Shown piece by piece: positions 1 to 13,884 of a DNA stretch of 64,000 nucleotides (position 1 is its first letter; each line of letters begins with the position of its first letter). Below the pieces are notes generated by a model, which was given only the letters and a program-made list of their open reading frames with translations, searched no databases and was not told the origin of the DNA. Source of the stretch: Octopus vulgaris. Its lineage: Eukaryota. The position numbers and the translations under genes are program-made. The stretch covers positions 114,576,001 to 114,640,000 of the forward strand of contig OX597818.1 of NCBI GenBank assembly GCA_951406725.2. The letters run 5' to 3'.

Positions 1-30
1 CTTTGCGGAACGTAAAGACAGATGAAATAT

Positions 31-262
31 CTATTCCTTTACTAACCTCAAGGGGCTAAACACAGAGAGGACAAACAAGGACAGACAAACGGATTAAGTC
101 GATTATATCGACTCCAGTGCATAACTGGTACTTATTTAATCGACCCTGAAAGGACGAAAGACAAAGTCGACCTCGGCAGAATTTGAACTCAGAACGTAGC
201 GGCAGACGAAATACCGCTAAGCATTTCGCCCGGCGTGCTAACGATTCTGCCAGCTCGTCTCC
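31..262 (-). mobile_element. tRNA-derived SINE, family A, near full length; its tail abuts another family A copy (1-30)
   Basis: The minus strand reads GAGCTGGCAGAATCGTTAGC (A-box-like), GAGTTCAAATTC (B-box) and a central CTTTCGTCCTTTCAGGGTCGATTAAATAAGTACCAG block, then the family tail. Many similar copies occur in the window. Confidence 0.85.
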
Positions 263-329
263 TTGCTCTATCAAATTATAATAATAACGGTTTGTAGAAT
301 AGGCCAAGCCAGTATTCAGATGCTTTTCA

Positions 330-1330
330 TAAGCAGCTATATGAGTTAAATGAAAGAACTAAGAAGCTGCCCATAATACACAAAACGTGTCCTGTTAAAA
401 TAACATCGATAGGTTATGCTGCAGAAAAGAAAGGAAGGATGGGATGGTTTGTTAAACGCAATATTGGGATATTGTGTTTGAAGAACTATTTTGTGCGTAG
501 AGGAGAAAGGATACTATGTGCGACAAAAATATTCGAAAGTTATCTGAAACAGCAGGAAAGTTCAACAACGGAAGGAAAACTGACTGGAAGTGTTACATTG
601 CCAATTCATACAACAAACTGAGGATATTGGAAATAAAGAACATCAATTATGGCTGACGGATGGAAGTCTAAAAGCTGGAAACCGAATGGTTCATTATAAC
701 CGTTTAGAGAGACAAGAGATTACAATGAATTTCATAAAAGCAAAGTTTTATAAATCTCAGAATGCAAATGTAGAACCTGTGCATAAGGAGACAAAATTAT
801 TAATCATCACTTAAGTGAACGCAGTAAGCTAGCACGAAAAGAGTGTAAGTGCAGGAATAACAATGCCGGTGAAAATATGCATGAGGATGATAGCCGAGTG
901 TGTAGATTCACAGTGTCAGAAAAACTATATGAACACGCGCCAGGAGCAGCGATGATGAATAATAATTATAGGATTTTATGGAATTTCTCCATAGAAACTG
1001 ATCATATTATCGAATCAATAAAAGAAGATATGTTTGTAGATATGATAATGTAGTGAATGCCAACAACTTCAGAAAACTGAAAAATATCAAGACGTATACA
1101 GTGATATGAAAAGATTGTGAAAGGTACGAATAGTAATTTGCGCTCTTGGAAATATCATCACTCAAATACCAACATGGCTGCAAAAAATTTGTACAAATGT
1201 AAAGGTAGAACACCTACAAAAATCGCCATTGCTTGTAACTGCAAGAATTCTTTGTGTCACTTTAGCCTGCTGACTGTAGATAGCTGACTGTTTCCATCAT
1301 ACTCAACAAAATAAGCTGAGTTTTCGTATA
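330..1330 (+). pseudogene. Heavily decayed 3' part of an R4/Dong-like RLE non-LTR retrotransposon
   Basis: Broken-frame remnants WLTDGSLKA.TE, CRTCA*GDKIINHHLSERSKLARKECKCRNN and VEHLQKSPLLVTARIL parallel WLRSSGLKAETE, CRICGDGQETINHIISSCPVLAKKEYIHRHD and IQKIALLGTAHIL of the element at 2345-4890. It ends in an AAT/AAC tract. Confidence 0.7.
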
Positions 1331-1377
1331 ATAATAGCAACAACAACAACAACAACAACAACAATAATAATAATAAT

Positions 1378-1935
1378 GAATGCCATGATGCAGTACCAAG
1401 CAGTGGAACTCGTGGCTTCTGGTCTTAACTGATTGGAAATGTTATCATGTACATTGTTTTGTCTTGGTATAAAAGATGGGTTACAGCAAATATTCTACTC
1501 AATACCATAGATTTGCTTGTCAGTTGTTTGACCTTAACCAGTTGACCATGTCCCTTAGTGGCTGACGATACGTGCATCCCTGATCATGAGAAGATGTAGT
1601 GGGGGAGCATCATAGCCATGTGTTGAGAGGATTCTTTGGGAGTTTGGATAGTTCACCTCTGGAAACATCGGTGTTTCATTCAACATCCTTAAACAACCCT
1701 TATTCAGAGACCTTTTGACCGGGATGGGCTACTCGACCAGAGGAAAATTCTAACTGGGCCCCACCTGCAAGGTCATGCGCTGTTTGTCTTGATATGAGAT
1801 CACCATGTCGTGCACATATGGTTGTGATGCATGTGCCTAGTGTACCCTTATCAGACAGGTTGTCATGATGGGTATACTGGGCTTCGTATATTTTACTCCA
1901 GTGTTAATTTGATAGCATGCACTGCTCTCTCACTC

Positions 1936-1937
<2 letters not shown>
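1378..1937 (+). mobile_element. Unclassified ~560-bp interspersed element bounded by (AAT)n; possibly a LINE 3' UTR or non-autonomous retroposon
   Basis: Complex sequence flanked on both sides by AAT tracts, ending ...CTCTCTCACTC-(AAT)n, with no credible ORF. Confidence 0.4.
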
Positions 1938-2352
<415 letters not shown>

Positions 2353-2638
2353 TAGAAGTCACTGCAGCACCAACGGCAGAAGAAGCGGAAGAAATCTGGA
2401 GAGAAATATGGTCGGCGAACGAACCACCAAAAAAAAGGAGTATCAAAATAACAAACTCGGCATCTGAACAACTTTGGACCCCCATAACAACTGAAGAGGT
2501 CACCCAGGCACTGCAAAAACTAAGCAACTGGAAGGCACCTGGGCATGACAAGATCCCCAACTTCTGGTTGAAATATCTAACAGGAATGCACAAAAGCTGG
2601 CTGAAAACTTTAACAACATACTAGCAGAGCCAGAGACA

Positions 2639-4057
2639 ATGCCTGAATGGCTCACGAAGGGGAAAACCATTTTAATTCCCAAATCAAATGAAACAGAAAA
2701 ACCAGAAAACTACAGACCAATAACCTGCCTCCCTACTATGTTCAAGGCATTTACTGCAGTGACATCACAAAGGCTGAACAAGCACCTGGACGAAAACAAA
2801 CTGTTCCCAGAAGAGCAGAAAGGATGCCGCAAAGGCTCATATGGCTGTAAAGATCAACTAATGATTAATAAAGCCGTAACTGAAGACAGCCACAGAAAGA
2901 AGAAAGGCCTCAGTATGGCCTGGATCGACTACAAAAAGGCGTTTGATAGCATCCCCCACACATGGATCCTCGAAACACTAGCCATTAACAAAGTAGCACC
3001 AACAATCATAAAATTCATAGAGCACTCTATGAATAAATGGCAAACAGTCCTACACCTCCAAACAAAAGAGGGACTCATGAAAACCAAAGACATCCCCATC
3101 AGAAGAGGAATATTCCAGGGAGACACGCTCTCTCCACTCCTTTTCTGCTTGGCACTGTCACCTCTATCTGATATGCTAAATAGAACTGGATGCGGATATA
3201 AATGTTACGGCAAAACGATCAGCCACCTTTTATATATGGATGACCTAAAACTATACGCTGAAAATGACAAACAGCTGGAAACACTATTAAAGACTGTTCA
3301 TGGATTTACCAAAGAAATAGATATGAAATGTGGATTAGAAAAATGCGCCAAAGTAACCATGAAAAGAGGAAAACTAGTTAAGAGTAACAAAATCACACTA
3401 GATAAAACCAATGAAATTAAAGAATTAGACCAAAGCAAAACTTACAAATACTTAGGAATCCATGAACTAGATAAGACACAACACACACAATTGAAAGAGA
3501 AAATAAAAAAAGAATATTATAGACGAGTTAGATCAATACTAAACACAGAGCTCAATGCTAAAAACAAGATAATAGATATCAACGCATTAGCTGTCCCAGT
3601 TATAAGTTACAGCTACAGTATCCTTAACTGGACACGAAAGGAACTGACCAAAATAGATAGGAAAACAAGAAAAATAATGACAGGATCTAGGATGCATCAC
3701 CCAAAATCTGACATAGAAAGACTATATATACAACGTATAGAAGGTGGTAGAGGCCTTATACAGTTGGAAAACTACTATAAAATAACCACCATAGGACTGC
3801 AAAAATATCTACTTCAGAAGGAAGGAAAACTGATCCAGATAGCGGCAAAACACGAGCAAAACAAAAAACTGTTCTCAGTATTTAAGGAAGCTGACAAATA
3901 CAAACAAGAAATCATACCACCAAATAAACATGAAGAAGAAGAAGAAGATGGAGAAACAACAAAAGCTATAAAACAAATGAATTCCAAATTAAAAATAGAA
4001 CAGCAACGAACCATGATAAAACGATGGCAAGAAAAGCCCCTTCATGGTAAATACTAG
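2639..4057 (+). pseudogene. Reverse transcriptase ORF segment of copy 1 (472 aa, ends at a premature stop)
   Basis: ORF track with canonical non-LTR RT motifs; the reading frame continues after the stop (4106-4522). Confidence 0.92.
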
Positions 4058-4791
4058 ACTAAACTAAACGCAAAAGAAATAGACAAAGAAAAATCCCAGC
4101 AATGGTTGAGAAGCTCAGGACTTAAAGCAGAAACAGAGGGATTTTTAATTGCAGCACAAGACCAAAGCCTCCCCACCAGAAATTACCAAAAACATGTAAT
4201 GAAAAGAAATATTACAAGTAACTGCAGAATATGTGGAGATGGACAAGAAACAATAAATCATATTATCTCTAGCTGCCCAGTCCTGGCTAAGAAGGAATAT
4301 ATTCACAGACATGACAGAGTTGGAACCTACATACATTGGAAGCTATGCCAACATTATGGAATAACAACAGAAAAAAGATGGTATAGGCACACACCAGAAA
4401 AGGTCACAGAAAACGAGAAAGCAACCATACTCTGGGATATGCCGATACACACAGATAGAGAAATTAAGGCCAACAGACCAGATATAGTTGTCAGAGACCA
4501 CGAAGAAAAAAATGCTTTCTAATTGATGTATCAATACCGGCTGATGACAACGTGTCTCTAAAAGAAATGGAGAAACTCTCAAAATACAAAGACCTGGAAA
4601 TAGAGGTAACTAGAATGTGGAATCTGAAAACAGAAACAATTCCTATCATAGTAGGTGCATTAGGCATGATAAAAAAATATTCAGACAAATACATAACAAA
4701 AACACCAGGACTTACAAACACATATAACATACAGAAAATTGCACTACTAGGCACTGCACACATCCTACGCAGAACACTTTCCATACAATAA
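4058..4791 (+). pseudogene. C-terminal zinc knuckle and RLE endonuclease region of copy 1 (frameshifted)
   Basis: ORFs 4106-4522 and 4552-4791 join across an A-run near 4505 and carry CCHC and PD..D-type motifs. Confidence 0.88.
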
Positions 4792-4898
4792 CCATCAGAG
4801 CATCACAACAAATCACAGCACATACCCAAGGCACACAGAGCTGCGCTCGGTAGTGAAGTGAAAGCACGCTATAAAAATAAAACTACTGAATAATGATG

Positions 4899-4939
<41 letters not shown>

Positions 4940-6235
4940 TACCTGAGATAAAAGAAAAGCTGAAGCAAGATATCCTTGCCAAAGTACAAAGGATCCGCCG
5001 GTACGAGAAACGCCAGCGCTTCTTTGAAGTAAACAAAAAGTTCAACTCCAACCCCAAAAAGTTCTACCAAGAACTTGGCAAAAATAAAATAGAAATCACT
5101 GCAGCACCAACGGCAGAAGAAGCGGAAGAATTCTGGAGAGAAATATGGTCGGCGAACGAACAACCAAAAACAAAAAGGAGTATTAAAACAACAAACTCAG
5201 TATCTGAGCAACTTTGGACCCCCATAACAACTGAAGAGGTCACCCAGGCACTGCAAAGACTACGAAACTGGAAGGCACCTGGGAATGACAAGATCCCCAA
5301 CTTCTGGTTGAAATATCTAACAGGAATGCACAAAAAGCTGGCTGTAAACTTTAACAACATACTAGCAGAGCCAGAGACAATGCCTGAATGGCTCACGAAG
5401 GGGAAAACCATCTTAATTCCCAAATCAAATGAGACAGCAAAACCAGAAAACTACAGACCAATAACCTGTCTCCCTACAATGTACAAGGCATTTACTGCAG
5501 TGATATCGCAAAGGTTGAACAAGCACCTGGACGAAAACAACCTGTTTCCAGAAGAGCAGAAAGGATGCCGCAAAGGCTCATATGGCTGTAAAGATCAACT
5601 AATGATTAATAAAGCCGTAACTGAAGACAGCCACAGAAAGAAGAAAGGCCTCAGTATGGCCTGGATCGACTACAAAAAGGCGTTTGATAGCATCCCCCAC
5701 ACATGGATCCTCGAAACACTAGCCATTAACAAAGTAGCACCAACAATCATAAAATTCATAGAGCACTCTATGAATAAATGGCAAACAGTCCTACACCTCC
5801 AAACAAAAGAGGGACTCATGAAAACCAAAGACATCCCCATCAGAAGAGGAATATTCCAGGGAGACACGCTCTCTCCACTCCTTTTCTGCTTGGCACTGTC
5901 ACCTCTATCTGATATGCTAAATAGAACTGGATGCGGATATAAATGTTACGGCAAAACGATCAGCCACCTTTTATATATGGATGACCTAAAACTATACGCT
6001 GAAAATGACAAACAGCTGGAAACACTATTAAAGACAGTTCATGGATTTACCAAAAAAATAGATATGAAATGTGGATTAGAAAAATGCGCCAAGTAACTAG
6101 GCACTGCACACATCCTACGCAGAACACTTTCCATACAATAACCAACAGAGCATCACAACAAATCACAGCACATACCTAAGGCACACAGAGCTGCGCTCGG
6201 TAGTGAAGTGAAAGCACGCTATAAAAATAAAACTA

Positions 6236-6240
<5 letters not shown>
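4940..6240 (+). mobile_element. R4/Dong-clade copy 2, near-identical to copy 1, with a ~1.39-kb internal deletion
   Basis: 5083-6097 matches 2345-3357, then jumps (AAGTAAC|TAGGCACTGCAC) to the equivalent of ~4748-4890. (TAA)n lies on both sides. Confidence 0.92.
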
Positions 6241-6317
<77 letters not shown>

Positions 6318-6323
6318 TAATAA

Positions 6324-6354
<31 letters not shown>

Positions 6355-6356
6355 AA
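6241..6356. repeat. (TAA)n then (GAA)n microsatellite
   Basis: Directly visible. Confidence 0.95.
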
Positions 6357-6810
6357 TACCTAACCCAAGAAGATACCTAACTCAAAGTAAGGAAACCTTG
6401 CTAGTGGCAGTTAGGAACGGGGGAGCACTGAGAGAAGAGAAAAAAGGAAAAAACAAAGGAAGAAGTACAAAAAGGCCATGAAGAAGAATTACACAAGAAG
6501 GGACTACACATTCAGTTATAGCTACAAAAGAAGTTACTGGAAAAAATAGGTGAGGTTGGCTGATGAAAGGAACACTAGAAAAGGAGACCGAGTGCAGTAT
6601 ACTGGCAGCACAAGACCAAGCTTTGGCCACGAACAGGAAGGTCAACCTTAGGATTGGTCAAGTGCCTCCTCTGTGCCGCATCTGCAACAGAGTGGATGAA
6701 ACCATATTACGAAAGAATGCTCTCGAAAGAATGCCCAAAACCACTACAAGCTGTGGTGACATGATCAGGTAGCGAAAATGGTACACTTAACACTGAGCCA
6801 AAAGTAGGGG
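6357..6810 (+). pseudogene. Decayed fragment of a different R4/Dong-like family
   Basis: WLMKGTLEKETECSILAAQDQALATN..LCRICNRVDETI..HDQVAK parallels LKAETEGFLIAAQDQSLPTRN..CRIC..HDRV. Confidence 0.75.
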
Positions 6811-7554
6811 CTAGAGAGAGGACCCTAAACCCCACCCAAATTCTTCAATCTTCATTTTTTTTTTTAGAAATTTTCTTTTTGCGAAATACGTAGAAAAATA
6901 CTGAGATTATGATTCTGAAAAGAAAAAAAAATTGTAAAGTTTCAAATTTTAAGAAAAAAAGTGAAAACTGAAGAATCAGAATCTCTGTACTCGAAAATGG
7001 GGGATTCTGTAAAAAACCTATTAAATAAAATAAAATACGACAGGGGTGCGGTCCACATACTTTACATTCGCCTCATTATGTACCCTAGAACTCGAGATAG
7101 CAATGCCCCACCCTTAGACTACTCTGGTACACCAAAAGAAAATGCTTCTGTTTTTGATATCAGGTGATATGAGTTAAGAAATATTATCAAATCTAAAAGA
7201 TATTGTTCATGAAACGGAAAGTGTCTACCGCTTGAAGAGGCAGCTTACCAAGACAATGTTTAGTTGTTTCCAGAATATTCTCTCAGACGATGCCAGAAAC
7301 AGACGACAAATAATGAGGAGTCGCTTGATACATCAATGTGATTTCATTTATTCATTTATTTATTTCTTTCGTCTTTAAAATATTTTTTTTTCCTTCCCTG
7401 CCCTGCGCTTTCTTTCGAGATATACTTTGAAATATTTCTTCTGGACAAGAAACTCGTCGAAAGAAAAAGAATAAGAAGGGGAAAAAGGCAAGGAATCTGA
7501 AACTAAAGAAGCAATGAAACAAATCAAACGAATATAGAAACCACTCTCACCACC

Positions 7555-7586
<32 letters not shown>

Positions 7587-7787
7587 CAACAACAATTACA
7601 ACAAAGTGAATACAAAATGGCTGCTTCTTCGGAGCGATTCATCTTCTTCGGAGTTTGACGAACAAATGATTTACTATTGAAGCAACGGCACACACACACA
7701 CACATACACACACATATAAATACACGCACATGTGCATATACATACGCTCATACACACATATATGTATACATAAATATATACATTGAT

Positions 7788-7835
<48 letters not shown>

Positions 7836-8116
7836 TTGTGTATACATACATATGTGTGTGTGTATAGATACATCCATAATATTTGCATATATATGTATGT
7901 TTATATATATATATGCACAAATGTATACTCACAATGTACACACACACACATCTATATATATATACATAGATGTGTGTGTGTGTTTTACGTGCATACGTCC
8001 ACATAAACATACATAAACATATACAGTATATATAAATCAATATACATGCACACATATTCGTGTATAAACACAAACGTGCACACACACTTAGGCATATGGA
8101 GATATATGTGTATATA

Positions 8117-8169
<53 letters not shown>

Positions 8170-8647
8170 GTGTGTGTATGTGCGTGCGTGTGTACTTTTG
8201 TGTATATGGTAATTGGTAAGTGCAAGCTGTGAGACGTGATAAACGTTTATTGTGCCAGATCATTTGCTCACAGTCTGCAGTAAGTTGAGATATTTCAAAT
8301 GAAATGAATCTTTGATTTCTTGTTGTTGTTGCTGCTGTTGTTGTTGCTTTTTTTTAAAACACGGATGTCAATTCTGTATGAATTTCGTTTTAGTAGTCTT
8401 GACGTCATTCAACGTCTGTAGATGTATATGAATGAATTTGTATTATAAAAATTCTCTCTCTATCTATCAGCACTATGTATCTGTTTTTTTTTTTTTTTTT
8501 TTTTTTTTGAAGACGTTATCAAGTGACGAGATGGTTGAATCGTTGGCGATTAGGACAATATATTTAGCGGTATTTCTTCTGATTGCTCATGTCGCGAGTT
8601 CACGTCTGCTGAGGCCGATCTTGCCTTCCGCGTCGATAAAGTAAATT

Positions 8648-8902
8648 TTTCTTCGCCCTTCTAAAGCCTAGCCAGGCTCATGGGCCCGGTTCCTGGTTTC
8701 AATGGCGTGTGTGTTTTGTTCCCAAGCTGGACGGGACGCCAGTCCATCGCAGCGTTACTCATTTTTGCCAGCTAAGTGGACTGGAGCAACGTGAAATGAA
8801 GTGTTTTGCTCAAGAACACAACGCGTCGCCCGGTCCAGGAATTGAAACCACAATCTTACGATCATGATGCTGCCATCCTAATCACTAAGCCACGCGCCTC
8901 CA
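8648..8902 (-). mobile_element. tRNA-derived SINE, family B
   Basis: The minus strand begins GTGGAGGCGCGTGGCTTAGTG, has the B-box GGTTTCAATTCC and the core TTCTTGAGCAAAACACTTCATTTCACGTTGCTCCAGTCCAC; it matches 20460-20710. Confidence 0.8.
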
Positions 8903-9454
8903 CGATGAAGTAAATACCAGTTGAATATTCCGTTCGATGGGATCTACTAACGCACTCCTTTAAAACAAATGCTGGTCTACTTAAATTCAAACCCATTATC
9001 AAGCAGTTATATTTATGCATATTCAGCCTATCTTTCGTTGCATTTACACCAAGTTTTTTTTTTTTACGTTGTAACATACATAAGCGCATCTAAAATGTAA
9101 TCTGAGAGATCTGGCTGCTATTTCTTGTAAGCCAAGTAGTCATGTACCAGCGTCTTCCTTAGTTTATGAGAGTCGCTGATTATTTTCGAAGATATAATAA
9201 CAATTGCACAGGCGACTAAGCCGTACTAGTTACAATATTTCGATCGTTGTAGACCCCGACCATCTTCAAGGCCTTTCAGTAGCGTTCAAAGAATTTTGAT
9301 CTGAACATTTCTTTTTGAAAAGCACATTTACTCTCATTCGGTTCAGTAATTTGACCTTTCTCTTTCACCATCTTGAATCAAACACGACAAAGTGGAAACG
9401 TTATCATTTTTAAGTTTAAATATCAATAATATTTTGTTTTCCATTTCGATATGA

Positions 9455-9900
9455 GCAAAAGGCCCGAAATTTGGGCGTGGTGAACGGCGATTACGCCGAT
9501 TCCCAGTGCTAAGCGAGCGGGTAGTTATTTTATCAACTAAGAAAGAAAAGTTCGACCTCAGCGGTGTTTGAACGCAGAACATGAAAAAGCATCGAAAACC
9601 TACGCATTTTTGTCCGACGTATTAACGCTTCTTATTTCTTTACTGCCCACAAGGGGCTACACACAGAGGGGACAAACAAGGACAGACAAATGGATTAAGT
9701 CGATTATATCGAACCCTGGGCGTAACAGGTACTTATTTAATCGACCTCGGAAGGATGAAAGGCAAAGTCGACCTCGGCGGAATTAGAGCTCAAAACGTAG
9801 CGGCAGACGAAATACTGCCAAGTATTTCGCCCGGCGTGCTAACGCTTCAGCCAGCCCGCCGCCTTTTCGACGTATTAACGCTTCTGTCAACTCGCTGTCT
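9455..9900 (-). mobile_element. Family A SINE (9633-9863) nested in an older family A copy, with an 18-bp target-site duplication
   Basis: TSD CGACGTATTAACGCTTCT at 9615-9632 and 9868-9885. Confidence 0.85.
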
Positions 9901-10067
9901 TAAATAACAACATAAAAAAATACATAACGATGTTACTTCACTTATAAACTAATGACGTATAGCTTAATTGCTTATGATAATACAATATCAATACATAGAA
10001 AAGACAATACAGAACGTAACTCAAACAATTAGTGTTTATATGTTCGTTTAATGAGACTTTAAAAGTA

Positions 10068-10390
10068 TGATGATTTATATTAGATATGTGGAGGCACATG
10101 GCCTAGTGGTTAAAGCAGCGAACTCGCGGTCGAGAGATCGCGGGTTCGAATCTCAGACGGGGTGATGTGTGTGTTTATGAGCGAAACACCTAAGCTCCAC
10201 GCGGCTCCGGCAGGATGTAATGGCCAACTTCTGCTGACTCTTTCACCACAACTTTCTCTCACTCTTTCCTCCTGCATCTAACAGCTTACCAGCAATGGAC
10301 TGGCGTCCTGTCCAGGTGGGGAACCTATACGCCAAGGAAACCGGGAGACCAGCCCTTATGAGCCAGGCATGGCTTGAGAAGGAACAAGCA
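10068..10390 (+). mobile_element. tRNA-derived SINE (family B-related variant)
   Basis: A-box TGGCCTAGTGG and B-box GGTTCGAATC. The body matches the insert at 24264-24652 and the tail matches 20600-20705. Confidence 0.8.
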
Positions 10391-10486
10391 AACGATATTA
10401 GATATAATTAACATTTTACACTTAAAATTTTTACGCTTTGGCCCTGAAGTCCACCAGCTACACCGTTTGCCTTTACTACGGATGAA

Positions 10487-10810
10487 TTAAGTAGGGTCAT
10501 TCATACCTAACTTCCTTTCCACATCCTTCCATCTTCGCGACAGGCGTCTTTTCTCCTGCCTTATCTTGCTCTTCAGATGATATCTGAAGTAATATAGCAA
10601 ACCAGGGCCGGATATGAATGTTCTCGTCGCGACTCCTTTCATTCTGGTTTTCCATATGCACTCTATCAATACTGCAACTGTACATAAGAAACATGCCTCA
10701 CCTTCCTTTGATAGTGTGGGTGGCGGTGCAATCTTAATCATATCAAAACACTGTCTTCTGAACCCGTCTACTCCATTGGCAACACAGCAATTACAACGTG
10801 CAGTCACATC
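10487..10810 (-). pseudogene. Decayed 3' coding end of a Tx1/L1-like LINE
   Basis: IAPPPTLSKEGEACF..ECIWKTRMKGVATRTFISG..HLKSKIRQEK..RRWKDV aligns with IVTPPSFKREGRAIF..ECIWWTRLKGLETNTFLSG..HLKRKMRVER..KRWVNV of ORF 59795-60580. Confidence 0.75.
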
Positions 10811-12620
10811 TAAAGGACAGCTTAATTTAAAGCAGAAAGTATTTTTTTCTCAAAATAAGGTTCAAATTCTTTTCTACACTTAAGGGTTATAAAGTTTTAC
10901 TTGAAAATCATGTACTAGATATGTTTTCCTCTCCTGCCATCTCTCTAAAAGCTTCCTGATTATTAACTCCATCCCAAACTAAATTTTGTATCATTTCATC
11001 CTGCATGAAAAATTCCTAATAAGATATATCTTAAATGCTTTCTACGACATGTACAATTTGGTAACCCCTTTTAGCAAATGAAACACGTGTAATAGTGAAT
11101 AAATAACACCAAAAAATATTCCAGTCTTGTTTTGATATTATTACTCCGCAGGAAATAAGTTCTGCTATTTTGAACTCTTATGCTTATCTCCCACAAATAT
11201 AATATCTACATTCGGATTTGCAAAAATGAAATAAGCAGATGGGCTTCACAAGGACACAGCTTGGATTTTAACCTTGTATATATATATATATAAATGTATG
11301 CATGTGTGTATTTATGTATGTATCCATGTATATATACGTATAGTAATGCGATGTATTATATATGTTATAGTCTAATAAGTACTACTATAATATAGTATAT
11401 AAAATAGGAGTGTGTGTTTGTATGTGCGTTTGTATGTGTGTTGTGAGCGGGTGGGTTTGTGTATGTACGTAGGTGTATATTTGTTGTGCTGTAATATATG
11501 AATCACTGTTGTAAGTTGTGATGCTATGGGACTTTCGTTGTAAACATGCATTGAAAATAGACTAAAGAGACTGACTGTACACACATACACATGCACACAC
11601 ACACACGCACACACACACATACACACATACACACAGACATGTATGGGATGTGCAGCCAATACTTGCAGATATATAACTATTTATGTATTTATGGATATAT
11701 ATATATGTGTGTGTGTGTGTGTATAATATATGTATGTATTTATATAATATATTACATATATATATATATACATATATACATATACATATACTTATATATA
11801 AGTATGATATATATATGTTTGTTATACATTCAGTCTCATATTCAATGATACTTACACACATGCACACACGTGCGCACAGACATTCAGAAATCTATGTATT
11901 ATTGAATGATATCGTATCTATTGAATGCATAATAACAAAAATATCACGAAGCTCATACGAAAAGCAGAAGTAAAAAATATACAACCTCGTCTACTTATTT
12001 TTTTTTTTACTTGTTCTTCTATATGATACTGGAATATTTTTTATCCATTGTTGTTTCGTATTCTTTTTGATATTTCCTTTCCACGACATGGCCACTTTTG
12101 ACAGATGAAAATCTTTCACAGTGATGTAAATAACCAAGATAAACCTACTTCTTTTTTTTTAATCTTATACAATATTATTCAGTCTTCCGTCTTCGCTAAA
12201 ATATATATTTTGTCTCTTTCTCTCGTATTCGCATTTTATATTGCCGTGTGCCTACATACAAGTCACCTACCAACACACTCCTGTAGGTTTATGTGACTAC
12301 AGTATATACACGCTGTATTCTATATACACCCATTCTTCTATATACGCCCCCGCTAAAAAATATAGATCCACAAAGTACTCAGTATACAAAATACATTTTT
12401 CTCCACCCAAAAACACTTCATTCACAAAAGTACAATAATACACCTTCGCAGAAATACTCCTGCACAGCCGTCGCCATTAAGATATCCCACTTCACCTTCA
12501 GATAAGAAAGCACAACACAGGTAAAAATATCCACAGAAAAACCTTTATATTTTATGAATGTCGCGCGTCTTTTCATTGTGAAAGTAGGAACTGTGAGGGA
12601 TGATTTAAGTACCCTTATAT

Positions 12621-12742
12621 CTATTTCTTTACTACCCACAAGGGGCTAAACAGAGAGAGAGAGGACAAACAAGGACAGACAAACGTATTAAGTCGATTAC
12701 ATCGACCTCAGTGCGTAACTGGTACTTAATTTATCGACCCCG
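12621..12742 (-). mobile_element. Partial family A SINE (3' half)
   Basis: CTATTTCTTTACTACCCACAAGGGGCTAAAC...ACTGGTACTTAATTTATCGACCCCGA. Confidence 0.8.
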
Positions 12743-13021
12743 ATATACTCGTGGTCACTGCCCGCGCTCTTACACCCAAGATTCTGAGTTCGATTCCAAG
12801 CAGTGACATGAATGATAATAATAATAACAATAACAACAACAACAACAACATTGAAAAATACCTTAGGAATGAGAACCCAGGTTCGAAATTTCCCCTAGAC
12901 ACCTGATGAATGTTGGAGGGTATGTCAGCCGAAACGTTGTGTTAACAACAAACAAGATGAGGACAAATATCTGTCAAATGTAAATAAAGTACATAAATTC
13001 CTCATCTCTTAAATATAGAAC
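12743..13021 (+). mobile_element. SINE-like element with a tRNA-type head, an internal AAT/AAC tract and a hammerhead-bearing tail
   Basis: B-box GAGTTCGATTCC near 12786; hammerhead core at 12898-12943. Confidence 0.6.
12898..12943 (+). ncRNA. Putative minimal type-I hammerhead ribozyme motif
   Basis: GACAC-CTGATGA-[imperfect stem II GTTGG..TCAGC]-GAAAC-GTT-GTGTT. Stem I is GACAC/GTGTT; stem III is the loopless palindrome ACGT. Confidence 0.55.
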
Positions 13022-13884
13022 GGCAATTATTTACGCTTGCAACTTTCAGTATCATTTAAAATGAAACTCACTTTCCCAGCTAACAGTTTCATACTCAAAC
13101 ATATACATACATTATTTTAAACAGCAGCATTTTTGTTTTCGTCTTTTCCATTTTATTTTATTTCATCTTATTTTATACGTATGATTTCACGAAATTGTAA
13201 AGACATTCAAAATAAATTCACACACACGCGGTCATACATTCATACTCAAAAACACCTATACAGAGTATTTTATAGACACATGCAAATACATACGCAAACG
13301 AAACTACGAACACACATAGACGTACAAGCATTTACGTATGCAAATAGTTTTGATTCCATGACTTAACTGACGTCTTTCAAAATAACTCTTCATTAGTAAC
13401 TCAGAGCTATTTCCAATGGTTGTTCTTTCTCAAAGTAAACAAAACAAGTCTCTTCGGTGAGAATAACTCTATAGATTGTTGTTTCGTTAATGTAAAACTA
13501 TTTATAAGTTTCGATTTAAGAAAATGCCAATAATTTATTCCCAAGACTATAAAAAGGAGAAGAAAAGGTTTTTTTCTTACGTGAACTATTAATTTGGAAA
13601 GAATCCAGTATCTTTGCCAACATATTTCGACAATATTCCCTTGTTTGTTGTGTTCTATATTTTAATGTTACCATTTTAACTGTAATTATCCATTAAAAGA
13701 GAACAATTTCTTATCGCGCTCGTTTATGTAACTTGGGAAAAAAATACCATTTAATTATCGCCCGAATTGCTTTGCCTAGCTTAATTGTTATGGCGTAGAT
13801 AGGAAGGTAAACGCGCTCGATTTCCAGGTAGTGGCCAGTTTCCATAACTCGGTTCATGATGTAGATGATAAGTGAACGTATGAC

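Noticed and set aside
10068-10160. tRNA gene
   Set aside because: A and B boxes are present, but the sequence continues into a SINE body and I could not form a proper cloverleaf; the same applies to the other SINE heads.
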